Assembly: GCA_002104905.1 (NCBI GenBank)
Contig: MCFE01000048.1
Location: 62,001-126,000, forward strand
From: Basidiobolus meristosporus CBS 931.73
Taxonomy: Eukaryota > Fungi > Basidiobolomycota
DNA length: 64,000 bases
Direction of reading: 5' to 3'
A model generated the notes under the pieces. It searched no databases. It was not told the origin of the DNA and saw only the letters and a list, made by a program, of their open reading frames with translations. Shown here piece by piece: positions 1-12,384 of the stretch; position 1 is the stretch's first letter; each line of letters opens with the position of its first letter. Position numbers and translations under genes: made by a program.

Positions 1-754
1 ACATCCTGCCTGACCACCTTTCAAGACTTTTCTCAACTTCACCTTGGGAGGGACATGTGAATACTGATATAAGCAGTAAGCTCACTACAGCTTCCAAAAT
101 AATTCCTCAGCTGGATTCAGCAATCTGGAAAATCCCACATACCAATGAAAGGAAAATGCTGATATAGAGGAGTCATCTACTTAGACACTCTGGAGCTGAC
201 ACACTTATGAAGAAGCTACACTCTGATGGATATCACTGGCCAAATATCAAAGCTGACTGTCTAGAGTTTGTCAAGTCTTGCGGAGAATGTCAAATTTACA
301 ATATTAGCTGCAACAGATTTCACCCTTTGAGTCCCATCCATGCAAGCCTTCCTATGGATCATATTGCAATTGATCTAGCTGGACCTTTCACCACTAGTGA
401 TGATGGTAATCACTACCTCTTTGTAATTGTGGATGTCTCCACATGTTTTGTTTTCCTCAAAGTTATCTCAGACAAGCATGCTGCCACTATTGCACAAGCA
501 CTGTTCAAGCTCTTCTGCCTTTTTGGATTCCCTAAGATCATTGAAGCAGATAATGGAACAGAATTTGTAAATTGTGTGATCAAAGCCCTCTGCCAGAATA
601 GCGCCAGTGATCACTGTCTGATCACTCCATATCATCCAAAAGCTAATGGACTTGCTGAAAGACATGTTCAGACCAAAGTGGACATCATCAGGAAATCTAT
701 CAATGGTATCTAGAAGAATTGGGACAGGTACATTCCCACTGGACAGCATGCTAT
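1..754 (+). pseudogene. Ty3/Gypsy pol fragment: end of RNase H, integrase zinc finger and rve core (left part)
   Basis: HLLGHSGADT...YHWPNIKADCLEFVKSCGECQ (HHCC finger); ORF 207-713 has IAIDLAGP, EADNGTEF, YHPKANGLAER. Interrupted by a CACTA insertion at 755. Confidence 0.9.
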
Positions 755-1828
755 CCCTATGAAAAATTATTGAGATGATCCTGTCAAAAGGCCATCACAA
801 AGTTAATGTCCCGTGACTAAGAGGTACTGATCTCATCAGGGCACCATCCAGAGACCGTTGAAAAATAATTGCACACCAGATTTCACAAAAAACTTAGTCA
901 AAATTTCTCATCACAACAATCTATAAGTGGCTCTTGATTGGTTTCCTGCCAATTTGCTCACTTTCTGATCCTGAACACTCTATTGCCTCCTATGTTTGTG
1001 TGAATTGATTGGCTATTGCCTCTTTTTCACACTCCTTACTTCCTAACTCAACTGTTTCTCTTACTTTTCATGCATACAAATTGATTTTATCCGTTGAAAC
1101 TTCAGTTGTACCTCAATTGCCAATTGTATTGACCTATACAAGTCTCTATACCCTACCCCAACATTAAGCCCAACCCTACACTCAACTAGTAACTCCATTA
1201 AAATCCACCACTCAATAAGTATTTCTGCTGTGATACTCTGGTTCCACAACTTTGGTGGGAACCCAATGGCTTTATGCCACTGTTCATTCACTGGTTCCCA
1301 CACATTCTGGTCTTCAGCCAGCACTGCAAGGTCTAGCTCCTCATCTGTCAGTCTTTGCAATAAGTCCTTGCCATACTGAAGTGCATTTTCTTGAGCACTG
1401 TTCTTGAAGAAGTACTGCAGCCTCTTGGTGTGCCTATTAATGTTAGAAAACTCCACTGAAGTCATTGTGTTAGTTTTTCAAGCTATTGACATTGTAGCCT
1501 TGTCTGTTAGTGGGATCTCCACTCTGTAAACAATGGAGGCTGTGGAGGCTGTGGTAGACAAATTGCCTTTTCCAGCAAACTCATCTACCTTGCTGGAGTG
1601 TAGCTCAACTGGCTGCGCTTCCAACTCTTGTGAAAACAGCGGTTTTCTTGTTGGTAATTCTTCTTGACTATGATGGAACTCAGTCTGCTCCTGGCTTGCG
1701 GCATTATTTGGCAAGAACTGCAGCTTTTTTTGCATGCCTCCCTGTCTCAGGCTTAAGTAGACATCTTTCCCTTTACCTTTTCCTTTATCACTGCCAGGTC
1801 ATTCATGGCTACTTTGTCTGAGTGCTTC

Positions 1829-2997
1829 TGTGGTAATAGTAAGTATTCCATTACTACAATATCTCTAAACCAATGTTGCACCCATTTCTTTATTTTGCTT
1901 TTTGCTATCGTAACACACAAGTGAAAGATCAAGAATTTCCAACTTTGAGGAATAAATGCTCCAGACCCTGACAAGCAATCCACCAAAGAATATTATGTCA
2001 TACAGAACACATAGTAGTCAACAAATGTTTCAAATTACAGCTCATTTGAAGCAGTACTTAAGGAGTTATGACCAAAAGAGTCCAATTATTATATATACTA
2101 TGCCTTATTGCTAGGATTACTAGGGTGACTTTGATTGTGTTTAACTTTTGAACCAGCCAATCAGGTCACGTGATATTTTCACAGGACCTGTGCCTATGTC
2201 CCATTTAGACCACTGCGAAATTTTAGCTTTGTATCATGTGTATTGTTTGCGCAATTGCCCAAAAACGTTGATCCTTCAAAATTATCATATATATGATTTC
2301 CCCAGCTGAAAAACAAAAGAGAGCCTCTCTTTCCAGAATCCCCACACTACAATTACAAGTTTAAAGGTTATAAGACTTCCCCTGCATCACTTGCACTGTT
2401 GAGTATTCTGACTTTGATCAGTACTACATCAGTATAGAGACTGCAAAGCTCACAAGAATCCAATCTAAGTTCTACAAGAAACTACCACTTTTCTGTTGGA
2501 AAAGTCCCCTCTAAGAAACCCCTTAACTCTAAGGACACCCCTTTAGACACCCCTTTAGTGTAAAGTCCACTTTAGAGACCACTACAAGAAGCCCCTTTAC
2601 TCTAAAGACACCCCTTTAGACACCCCTTTAGGTCTAAAGACCCCTTTGGAGTCTTCCACAACACACCCCTTTAGGTTAAAGGGGAGCTCAGAATTTCCAT
2701 ATCAGGGAGTATTTTCTCAGAAAGGAAAGTGACTTCCAAAAAAGGAAAAGCTACTATAAAAGTCAATAAGCCAATTAGTTGACAGAAGGTCAGAACACTG
2801 CTGTAGAAGTGATAAATACTGCCTAGAGTATATTTTGAGCCTAAGATTGAGGAAATTAGTGAAAGTTATATCTTCTATTGGTATAGCAAACTCCCAATAA
2901 ACTATTTCAGTATTAGCATACTGGAAGTTGTTGTATATTGTTGATTAGCGTCTACATTGTAGAACAAGCCCCATACTAATCATAATACAACACAACA
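1829..2997. mobile_element. Putative solo LTR, family F (1169 bp)
   Basis: TG...CA ends (TGTGGTAATA...CACAACA), 4-bp TSD CTTC (1825-1828, 2998-3001). Removal restores the GTGCTTCTTGTAA motif seen in the uninterrupted copy near 31816. Confidence 0.7.
2500..2680. repeat. Degenerate short direct repeats (ACACCCCTTTAG / ACCCCTTT) inside LTR-F
   Basis: About five exact ACACCCCTTTAG plus variants, irregularly spaced. Confidence 0.8.
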
Positions 2998-4452
2998 CTT
3001 CTTGTAAAGAACTACATTTCTCCTGGATAAATTCTGCTCTGACACATCTGTTTTGGCCTGCTTGTTCCTTGCTGGCACTCTGCTGGCAACCTGATGTTTC
3101 TTTTCAGCTTGTTTTGAGCTCTCAACTGTAGTTGTGGCAGGCTCCTGTAAAAGCAGCTGGTTTTTATCACTGCCAGGTCCTTCACTGCTACTTTGACTGG
3201 GTGCTTCTTGAGTGGTACTATACCTTTTCCTTGATAAATGTTGTGCTGGTGCATCCATGTCTGCCTGCTTTTCCTTAATTGGGACACTGCCAGCTGCCTG
3301 ATGTCTCTTTGCCGCTTGTGTGGAGCTTTCAGCCCTGCTTGTAACAGGCTCTTGAGGAAGCTGCTGGTTTTTAGCTATGGCACCCTTGTTCTTCTGCCTT
3401 TGATAGTTTCTGCTATTCTTAAGATACTTTCTTAGCATACCAATGCTGGCCCAAAATCTGTTTGCCCGTTTGAATCTGGGATAATGCTCATGGAACAAGT
3501 CAAGTGCATTCTGCTTGGCCTTGAGTTCCTGATGTTCCCATGGTATGCCAGCCTTAAGGTGATGGCATGCTAGACTTTTGACAGCCTCTTATATATTAGC
3601 CCACTCTTCATTATTGCACTCAATGACTTCACAGATCTTCAATGTCTTTTAATTTTTACGCTTTGGTATAAACGCCACATTGTCTCCCTCCCATGCTCTG
3701 ATAGGTTTTTCTGTGGGCTTTATCTTTGGGCACTGTTGTGCTTCAAAGACTGCACGGCGTTCCTCTGCTGTTACATTTGGAAATGGCTCAATTCTTGGCT
3801 CTGAATTTGAGCTACTTGAGTTCCTCCTTTGCAGCAAAGATACTGCTTTCTCTAACTGGGATAATGATTGCTCAACAGGTATTATATGATCATCCTTTTT
3901 CTGGACTATTTTGTGATTTCTCTGGGCCATAGATTCTATCCTATCAACCACTGCATCTAAATACTTCATCAACCCTTTGGTATGATCTGACAACATACTT
4001 GCTAATATGGGTGGTGGTGATGTTATCATGGCCACTTGCTGATCTTCAACTGTGGGTACTGCATTTGCTACATTCTAATCTGCATGAGCATAAGGGTCAG
4101 CTTGTGGCTCTGCAGAGGTTCTCAATTGCCTACTTGACTGAGAGCCTGAGGAGTCTGCATTATTACCTTCAATGGGCACACCATCCACAGGGCCTTTTTT
4201 GGATGTAGCTCTGCTTATTGCACTGAATGTCAAAGCAAGCTGTTGTTCAACCATATTTCTGTTGTCATCAGCAGTGGGGTTTGGTTGAGAACCAAACAAC
4301 TTTGCTTCATTTTTTGGCGGCATATATATGGAAGTGAGTCAAACCAAAGGGGATATAGTGTTACATATATGCATGTATGTGGTACAACAACTTTATTTAT
4401 AATGCTTACTATGGTGGGTCATCATTAAATCTTACATTCATGTTGGTGCAAT

Positions 4453-5185
4453 AGACTTGTTCCGTTGGATAGTGCCACATTGAGCCATAAATGCCAAATG
4501 ATGCCATCGTGTGCCAGAGAGGCCAAGTGAGCCTATACTTGGCCACAGAGTGTGAAAAATAGATCTGCATCCTCATGCAAAGCAGCCCCTGTGCTTCATC
4601 TATGATGCAGGAGAAAATCCATTTTTTGACGTTTTTTTGTAGATCAATATTGTGCACAATGTGTAAGAGCACAAAAGGATTGCAGATGTACATTTGGTAC
4701 TCAAGACCCATAGCACTCTGAATCTAGCGCCTGTGGCTTGTAACATGTCACAAAAATGCATGGCACTATCTTGGTCCACTGGTTCTATCAGGCACTATAT
4801 TTAATTATTAGCCCTAAAGTAAGATCAATACAAAGCACTTATAGTGCCAGATGGTACTAGTGGACCAAGATAGTGCCATGCATTTTTGTGACATGTTACA
4901 AGCCACAGGAGCTAGATTCAGAGTGCCATTGGTATTGAGTACCAGATGCATATCTTCAATCCTTTTGTGCAATTGCAAATCCTGTACAACATTTACTTGA
5001 AAAAAAGGTCAAAAAATGGATTTTTTCCATCACAATGAGTGAAACACAGGGGCTGCTTTGCATGAAGATGCAGAGCTGTGCTGCACACTCTGTGGCCAAG
5101 TGTAGGCTCACTTGGCCCCCCTGGCACACAATGGCATCATTTGGCAATTGTGGCTCAATGTGGCACTATCCAACAGAACAAGTCT
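4453..5185. mobile_element. Fold-back MITE of the PHIS family
   Basis: Inverted arms 4453-4799 and 4840-5185 with a ~40-bp spacer; TIR AGACTTGTTC; TSD AAT. The empty site GGTGCAATGTCTC is present in copy C4 near 56685. Confidence 0.9.
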
Positions 5186-5281
5186 AATGTCTCAAATACA
5201 AGACTGTCTTAAGTTCACATGAGTATTGACCAAAAAGTGATATAATAGCGTTTCATTGTTGAAGGTCAAACTGTTTGCCCC

Positions 5282-8087
5282 ATGTATGTGACTACTTTGA
5301 CTCAACTCCATAAGAGAAGAGAAAAAAGGCCATGTAGCTATTGTGGCAAGCCTCTCCGCCATGAAGCATGCCTACAGCTTAGGAAGTATTACAAGGATCA
5401 CAGCCAGTGTTTTGCCACCCAAGTCATATTTGTCCATTCATTGGTCACTACTGTACCAACATTATCTTACTGGCCAGTTGATACTTCTATAATGGCACCT
5501 GGCTGTCTTTATCACCTTGCACAAACTGAGTCAGGTGAGTTTGTAATGCCTTTAGGCTCACCTCAGGCTTCTGAATATGGCACACAGAGTGATAGCTCTG
5601 ACAAAGAAGGTTCACTGATGGATTTTGAGCCTATCTCCCCTAACAACAGTACCACATGTGAGCCTGGTCAACTCCCTATATGCAATGAGACAACATCCAT
5701 TGAAACAAATGCCAAGGAAACTTTATGAAGCCAAGTGAGCCCAGTAATCCATCTACTGGTGAATGATGTAATGTTGTGGCTAAAGAAGTGGCGCATTTCC
5801 ACTAATATCAGTAATGGGGGCTTTGAGGATTTATTACTACTTCTTGCCAAAATCATACCAGGATGCAACTTACTATGTACATGGAACAAGTGGACAACTG
5901 TCATGCAGCTGGCAACATATGATCCAGAGACTATCTTGATTCCAGTATGTGTTAACAGTTGCATAGCACTCACATCAAAAAATGCTACCATTGCAATGTG
6001 TCCAAATTGTCAAGAATCCACCACCATTGGGGGAGAACATTGTTCACACTCTGGATATATTCCAGTCATACCCTGTCTGAGGAAGCTGATGCAGTCCAAC
6101 AAATATTGCAAAGCTATACAGTACTGCACTTAGTATCAATCAAGCGCAAACATATCCAATATATTAAATGGCAAACATTACAAACAGCTAAGAAGCAAGG
6201 GCTACTTTGAAGGTATGTATGACCATGCCTTTGCTTTGGCACTTGATGGACTCTCATTAAACAAGTACTCTACCAGCAAGTTCCGCTGGCCGCTGATTCT
6301 CATCAATCTGAATCTGCCGCCCATCTTACAGTATCAGAGCAATAATCTGATGGTAGTCTCACTGGTATCTGGGCCTAAATCACTGTACCACCTGGATAGC
6401 TACCTGTATCCATTGCTGGATAAATTTTGTATGCTTTCCAGCAGGATAACAGTAAATGGCCATCATGTAAAAGCGCATATTGTTATCTGCATTGGAGATA
6501 CCCCAGCCATCAGCAAGATAGCTTGTTTTTCTAGGAACAATGGACGGTATTGCTGTTGAATGTGTGAGATCCAGGGGATTTACTCCTTAACTAACACATA
6601 CTGTTATTACCCAAATACCAGCACTAAGAACAGCATCTTGCCACAGAGAGAACATACAGAAGTATGGATGTATTTGCAGCAAAGTTGGCAAGCTATAAGC
6701 CATTGGCCAGAATATGGAATCAATCAGAAACCAGAGATACTTAAGATAGAGGGTATCCGCTGGAGCAAAAGCTTTCCACTAGGAGCAATGCATTTGCTTT
6801 TCAACAATATCCCTATACTGATAACCAAGTTATACATGGGGCATTTCAAGCTAAATGAGCCCTTTGAGATACCGGAGAAATTTGAAAAAAATGGCAAGAT
6901 ATTACAGAGTATATGCTACCCTAAGTACTTCTCACAGGCTCCAATTAATATTTGTATGCATATGTGGCAATACAAATGCAAAGACTAGATGAACTAGAAT
7001 TGAATTTATTCAAGTGGTGCTCTGAAACCATTCCTACCAAGAGTACATTGGAAGCATTGGGAGTCATATGTGGACATTGTAGGAATATTTATCCAGAAGC
7101 AGATCACCAATGCCAACTTGATGCATCTATAGCTGTTATGTGAGGAGTTTGTGATAGGATTTGAGCGGCTTTACTACAAACATAAAGCTGAACCCATAGA
7201 TCTCTGCTGCTACTGTATCCATTCTCTACTCCATCTTGCATGGTGTGTGGAGAATATTGGGCCTTGCTTCACTTTTTGGGAGTTTTCTAGGGAGCAGATG
7301 TGTGGGGAGAAAGGAAGACAAGTCAAGTTGCAGGTACTACCATATCCCAATCTCATCAAGAATATACCTTCAAGTCAGTCATGGATGAGATGAGTTAGCA
7401 TATGGAGGACAGCCAGAAAGAGTTGAAAAATACTGAGGACAAATATGCACATGTGGCCACCTATGCCTATGGCATAAAGAAGCTAAGCAGCCCCAATGCA
7501 TGGGTAATCAGTTAGGTAATGCAAAGTTGGGTTGGGTGCAACAAGCAACTAATTATCAGGAAAACTTCACCAAGATATGCTGGATTTCTTGTGGTCACAA
7601 GCCAACTTCTACACCATTTTATACGGAATTCACACAAACAAAAGCCAGAGAGCACCTATAAGGGGGACTAGAGTCCAGCAGGGTGAAGGAATATATTGGC
7701 TAAATACCAAAAGTTCTTTACCAATATTCAGGAGGTATTCATGGCAGAAGTGGCAACAACCAGGCATAAGTTTGCAAGATGTATATGCTACCAGCAGTAC
7801 AAGATATTTGAAAACATTGCAAGTATCACACTAAAAAGCCGTAAAGTTGAGGTGATGGAGTATGTCAATTGCAGCAGGTGTGCACATTTGTGGAGGTTAG
7901 TAGGCAGGAGGCCATAGTTTCTTTGATTCAAACTATATGTGGAATACCCAAGGTAGCAGTGGGTAGCAAATAAAGAAGGTGATTCTACAGTGGAATATAT
8001 GAATTGCACAAGGGGAGGTACTAAAAGGAAATACCATTTGGTAAATTGGTACAGTTGCATTTTACAAAACCTGTGGTAGGCTGTCAT
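5282..8087 (+). pseudogene. CACTA transposase (Transposase_21/TnpD-like with DUF4218-like region), multiple stops and frameshifts
   Basis: Motifs ALALDGLS, WPLILINLNLPP, VSGPKS..LDSYLYPLLD, CIGDTPAISK, LGAMHLLFNN, GFERLYY..IHSLLHL..C..NIGP...WEFS.E.MCG. Confidence 0.85.
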
Positions 8088-8441
8088 ACTGCCAAAAAAA
8101 TGCCATCAGAGTCTCACTGTGAGGCCGTCAAAATACCGTCAAGTTTCTGGCCATATAAGGCAATTGGAAGTCCTGGCTGACTGGATCCACTTAAAATAGT
8201 AATAAAGCGCTGAAAGACTGCAACAATACCATGCAAATATTGCCTCAGTACTGATCAAAAATTGCCAAGTTTTATCACTTTATTTGTCTGTAAATTTGCA
8301 AAACACCATCATGATCTTGTTATAAGATTGTCAGGAGGATCACTAATTCCAAGCTGCTGTTATTATGACAGTCTCTAAACAGGATCCTGACGGATGATCC
8401 AAATTGGATCCAACCCCTGGACCAAATTATTTTTCATAGGG

Positions 8442-8790
8442 TATCAACACCAAAATTGCCACTCTACATGGATCAACTCCATTTTCTTTGATGTTTGGAA
8501 GAAGTTACAACCACTTTGGGGACTACCAAAATACAGAGCTAGCAAGTTTGAATACAGACAAGCTAAAGAACCAGCTTGAGTACCTTACAAACAATGTCTA
8601 CCCTGCTATCAGTGCCAGAAGTAAGGCCACGCAGCAAAAGATGACTTCAACAAATGCCTCAAGACACAGGAACAGCAGCTTTCCTGATGGGTCATATGTC
8701 ATGACACTAGATCCAATCTGGCAATCTAAACTTGACCCCAAATGTGAAGGCCCATTTTAAGCTGTTAGATGTACCACTGGAGGATCTATG
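8442..8790 (+). pseudogene. Ty3/Gypsy integrase C-terminal part (continues 1-754)
   Basis: STPFSLMFGR...FPDGSYVM...SKLDPKCEGPF (GPY/F module); cut at ~8790 by a Copia LTR fragment. Confidence 0.85.
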
Positions 8791-10712
8791 AGAATCTTCA
8801 TGTTCTGGGTACCTGGTATTTGGTGAAAATGTTCCAAGTAAATCCCAGCAAGTAGTTTGGTCAGTATTCCCTAGGATTTGAAGGTAATGATCTAAGAGAT
8901 TAATATAGGTGAATAATTAGGTGGAATTACAAGTTTTTACAACACTCCCATTCAGCTAAATGCTCATACCACCTAGTCCTAATTTTGACCTAAGATATTC
9001 AAACTTGTCTCTAGCTAATGGCTTGGTATATAGGTCTGCAATCATTCTATCAGAAAGACAGTACACTAAGCTAACTAAGTTATTCTCAGTATTATGAAGC
9101 CTGTGTAACACAGGGATACCATATATGGTATGAAAATGGTAGGGATGGCAACATGGGTTAATCATATGTTTTGGGTACTGGCACAGGTACTTGACTAGTA
9201 TAGAAGCACTTACATCTAGCAATCTTACATAAAGTGAGGGATGACTTATACAATAAGGTAAGCAGCTGTGATAGCCAACCAGCTTATGGGATAGTGCTGA
9301 TCAGGTAAGACATATGAGATAAAACTAAAATAGGTGTAGTAGAGATATAGGGAGGTAGAAAATATGGAAATGTGCACATCTGTCAGTGAGGGTCACTGCA
9401 ACCCCACTACAACATGTTCCAAGCATAGTACACATCAGACTGCAAACCATAAATTGATAAGGAAAGTCAGGGCTTTCAGATGGCACTAAGCCCTCTAGAT
9501 TTGGTTGAATTTTGACCAAGGTAAGAATTGTCTCCATAGGGGTGGCTGCCAGTTTACAGTCTTCCATTTGATAATTTTTTAGTATATCTTGAATATACTT
9601 GGATTGACTTAGGATGAAAGTTTTGGTACCTCTGTTTATGATGAACTTGATCCTTAAGTAGTAACTGAGCTATCTCAGATTGGACATCTTCAACTCTTTA
9701 TATTGGCTGGATTTATTTTCTTCCAGGTTTGCTAGTTGATTGGCAGCTATAATAAGGTTATCCACATACAGAGCTAATAGAACTGGATTTGCTCTATCTG
9801 GCTTATAGTACATACTGTAATCAGCATTACTCCTTTTGAATCTCAAACATTCCAAATAAGAATCTATCTTGCAATTCCAGGCTTTTGGTGATTGTTTGAG
9901 TCCATATAGAGACTTTTTAAGCTTGCAGACCAAATGGGGGTTATCTTGGTCAACAAACCAATCATGATGGCTCATATGCATATCCTCATCAAGTTTGGCA
10001 TTCAAAATGCAGCTTTTGTATCCAATTTAGGTATAAAAAACTTATAATTGGCTGCCATAGCCAATATCAGTCTGATGAAATAAAACTTGGCTACTGGTGC
10101 AAAGGTCTCTGTGTAGTCAAGTCCTTTTGTTTGAGAGTATTCTTTGTCCACAAGTCTTACTTTGTATCTTTCAATTGTACCATCAGCCATATACTTTATC
10201 TTATGAACTCTTCTGCATCCAATTGATTTTTGGTTGATTGGTAATTTGACTAGGTCCCAAGTTTGATTTTCCATCCGGGACTGATATTCCTCAGTCATTG
10301 CAGATCTCCAAAACTTTGTCTGAGGGCTATTTATGGCCTCTTTGACAATCTTGGGCTCATCAATATGGACTGAATAGATATAGGCATATATTGGGGGACC
10401 AGAGATCAAATATTTGTCATCATCTGATATCATTTTTTGTGAAAATTTTGAATTTTCATCAAACAAGACATTCCTGGACTAGATCAGCTTCTTTGCTTTG
10501 GTATTGTAGAGTCTGTATGCCTTACTCTCATTGCAGTAGCCCAAAATTATGCATTTTGAACTTTTTGGCTCAAATTTTGACTTATTTCCAGGCAGTTTCT
10601 TGGTATAAGCTGTTCACCCTGATATTCTCAGATGTTCTGCACTTGGTTTGTATCCATACCATGCTTCAAATGGAGCAGAATTGCAAAGTATTTTCTTATA
10701 ACTCCTATTTAT
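8790..10712 (-). mobile_element. Ty1/Copia 3' part: post-integrase region, RT (RVT_2), RNase H end, PPT, partial 3' LTR (8790-8944)
   Basis: EPK..KEA, TWDLV, YKVRLV, DYTETFAPVAK, LKKSLYGLKQSPKAW, LALYVDNL, IADLYTKPL; purine tract GAATGGGAG before TGTTGTAAAA on the minus strand. Confidence 0.9.
9093..9411 (-). mobile_element. Truncated LTR of Gypsy family A inserted in the Copia RT
   Basis: Matches 19470-19784 and 20760-21083; terminus TGTAGTGGGG on the minus strand. Confidence 0.8.
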
Positions 10713-12384
10713 TGTTGTAAAAATTTGTAATTCCACCTAAGTATTCACCTAACTTAATCTCTTAGATCATTACCTTCAAGTTGTAGGGAATACTGACCAA
10801 ATTTCTGGTTGGTACTTACTTGGAATATTCTGACCAAAATACCAGGCACCCAGAACATGAAAATTCTCAAAGTTGTCCAAACAGCCCCAAACTTTGAACA
10901 CATGTTTTTTAGACCTTCCTTAATCTGTTCTACATTTTTGCAATGCTAAGACCATGTAAAAGTATAAATAGTACTTTTACATTCAATAGTTCATTGAGTG
11001 AAAACCACACAATATACTTAATCTCCCAATTGCTTCCAATATCTCCAAGACTCTGACACCAGCTTATGAGCCCCAAGCCATCATTTGCTACAATGTTTGC
11101 AACTGCTATTAGTGGAATTTTTCCCTCTGCTGAAAAGTTGGATGGATCTAACCACCAAGTGTGAAAGGTGAAGATGAAGATGCTGCTACAAGAAAGAGGC
11201 CATTGGGATATTGTCATGGGAGAAGACTGCCCTCCTAAAAGTGTGGGAGAGCAAACCTTAAAATACCCAAAGAAAGAACAAAGTGCCTTTAACTGTATTT
11301 GCCTTAATGTTAGAGACAAATTGCTAATTCAGTGCTCAAGGACAACAATGGCAAAGAATGCCTGGAAGGCACTAGGAGACACCAACTAGTCAAGTTCAGC
11401 TGCTAAGAAAATGTATATGAGACATAAATTCTTTACTGCAAGGATGCAGCCAGGAGAAGAAATGAAAAATCTAACCAACAGAATTACCCTGCTGGTGGAT
11501 GAGAAGGAATCTGTGGGTGTATCAACAATGAGGATGTAATAGTTACCATCCTGACTAGCAGGACAGACAAGTTTCAGAGCCCTGTATCAACCCCAGAGTT
11601 CAGAATTAAAGATTTGACCTGAAATTACATATATGGAGGTCTCCTGGACAGAGGATTAAGAAAATTACGCGCCAATAGGCAGGAAGAAGAAAATGCTTTA
11701 ATAAGCAATGATAACCAACAAAGGAGGCACCCAAGACCCTACAAGGGCAACAGCAACCTGTTTTGCAACTACTGCAAAAGGAAAGGACAGGCATCAGACC
11801 AGTGTCTCAAAAAGAGAGATAATCAGCAAAAGAAGCCTGAATATGGAAATGCTGCAACAACTCAAGATAAACTATTCATATCAGCACTAAATATGACCAC
11901 AAACAAGGATTCTCAGACATGGTATATTGACTCTGGAGCATCTTAACACTTTACACACCAAAAAGAACTTTGTACCCAATATCAAGAAACTCCAATCAAG
12001 AAGGTTTTCATGGGTGACAATAGAACACTTGATTCAGTGGGATAAACAACTATCCAATTAAACCTTAGAAGCTGTGAAGAAAGCCATACACTGACCTTTA
12101 AAGAAGTACCCTATGTACCAGAAATAGCCAAGTACCTATTTTCTGTCGGCAAGACCACTGCAGAAGGTCTTAGTTTCAGCTTAGGCAATTCTCAATGCAA
12201 GATCACTGATCAAAATGGTGCCCATATTGCCTTGGGTATCAGAGATCAAAATCTATACAAGTTGACTTATATTACATCATATCTGGAAGCCAATATAAGT
12301 AACTTTCAGTGAGTCATAAAGTAGAAGCCACATATTCTACTTGTCCTCCCAATCACTTCCAATATCTTCAAGACTCTTACAACA
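10713..12384 (+). mobile_element. Ty1/Copia 5' part: LTR (10713-11061), PBS, gag, protease; internally deleted, ends in an LTR 3' remnant
   Basis: LTR matches the solo LTR 27093-27442; gag WDIVMG...AKNAWKAL; protease WYIDSGAS; ...GACTCTTACAACA at 12384. Confidence 0.85.
11062..11073 (+). promoter_or_regulatory. Copia PBS complementary to the tRNA-iMet anticodon arm (half-tRNA priming type)
   Basis: GCTTATGAGCCC directly after the LTR; one mismatch to GGTTATGAGCCC. Confidence 0.7.

Larger units (their letters stand above)
1061..4323 (-). pseudogene. CACTA accessory ORF, divergent from the transposase, fragmented
   Basis: ORF pieces 4075-4323, 3649-4035, 2980-3498, 1478-1735 and 1061-1465 recur collinearly in copies at 24-26 kb, 31-33 kb and 44.8-46.8 kb. 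Function not recognised. Confidence 0.7.
755..8441 (+). mobile_element. CACTA/CMC (En/Spm-like) DNA transposon, both ends present (copy C1)
   Basis: TIRs CCCTATGAAAAATTATT (755) and AATTATTTTTCATAGGG (ends 8441); 3-bp TSD TAT at 752-754 and 8442-8444. Removing the element restores the integrase frame QHAINTKIATLHGSTPFSLMFGR. GATCC-rich subterminal repeats. Confidence 0.9.

Noticed and set aside
2500-2680. CRISPR-like or telomeric array
   Set aside because: Units are ~12 bp, irregular, without constant-length unique spacers, and lie inside a putative LTR in eukaryotic DNA.
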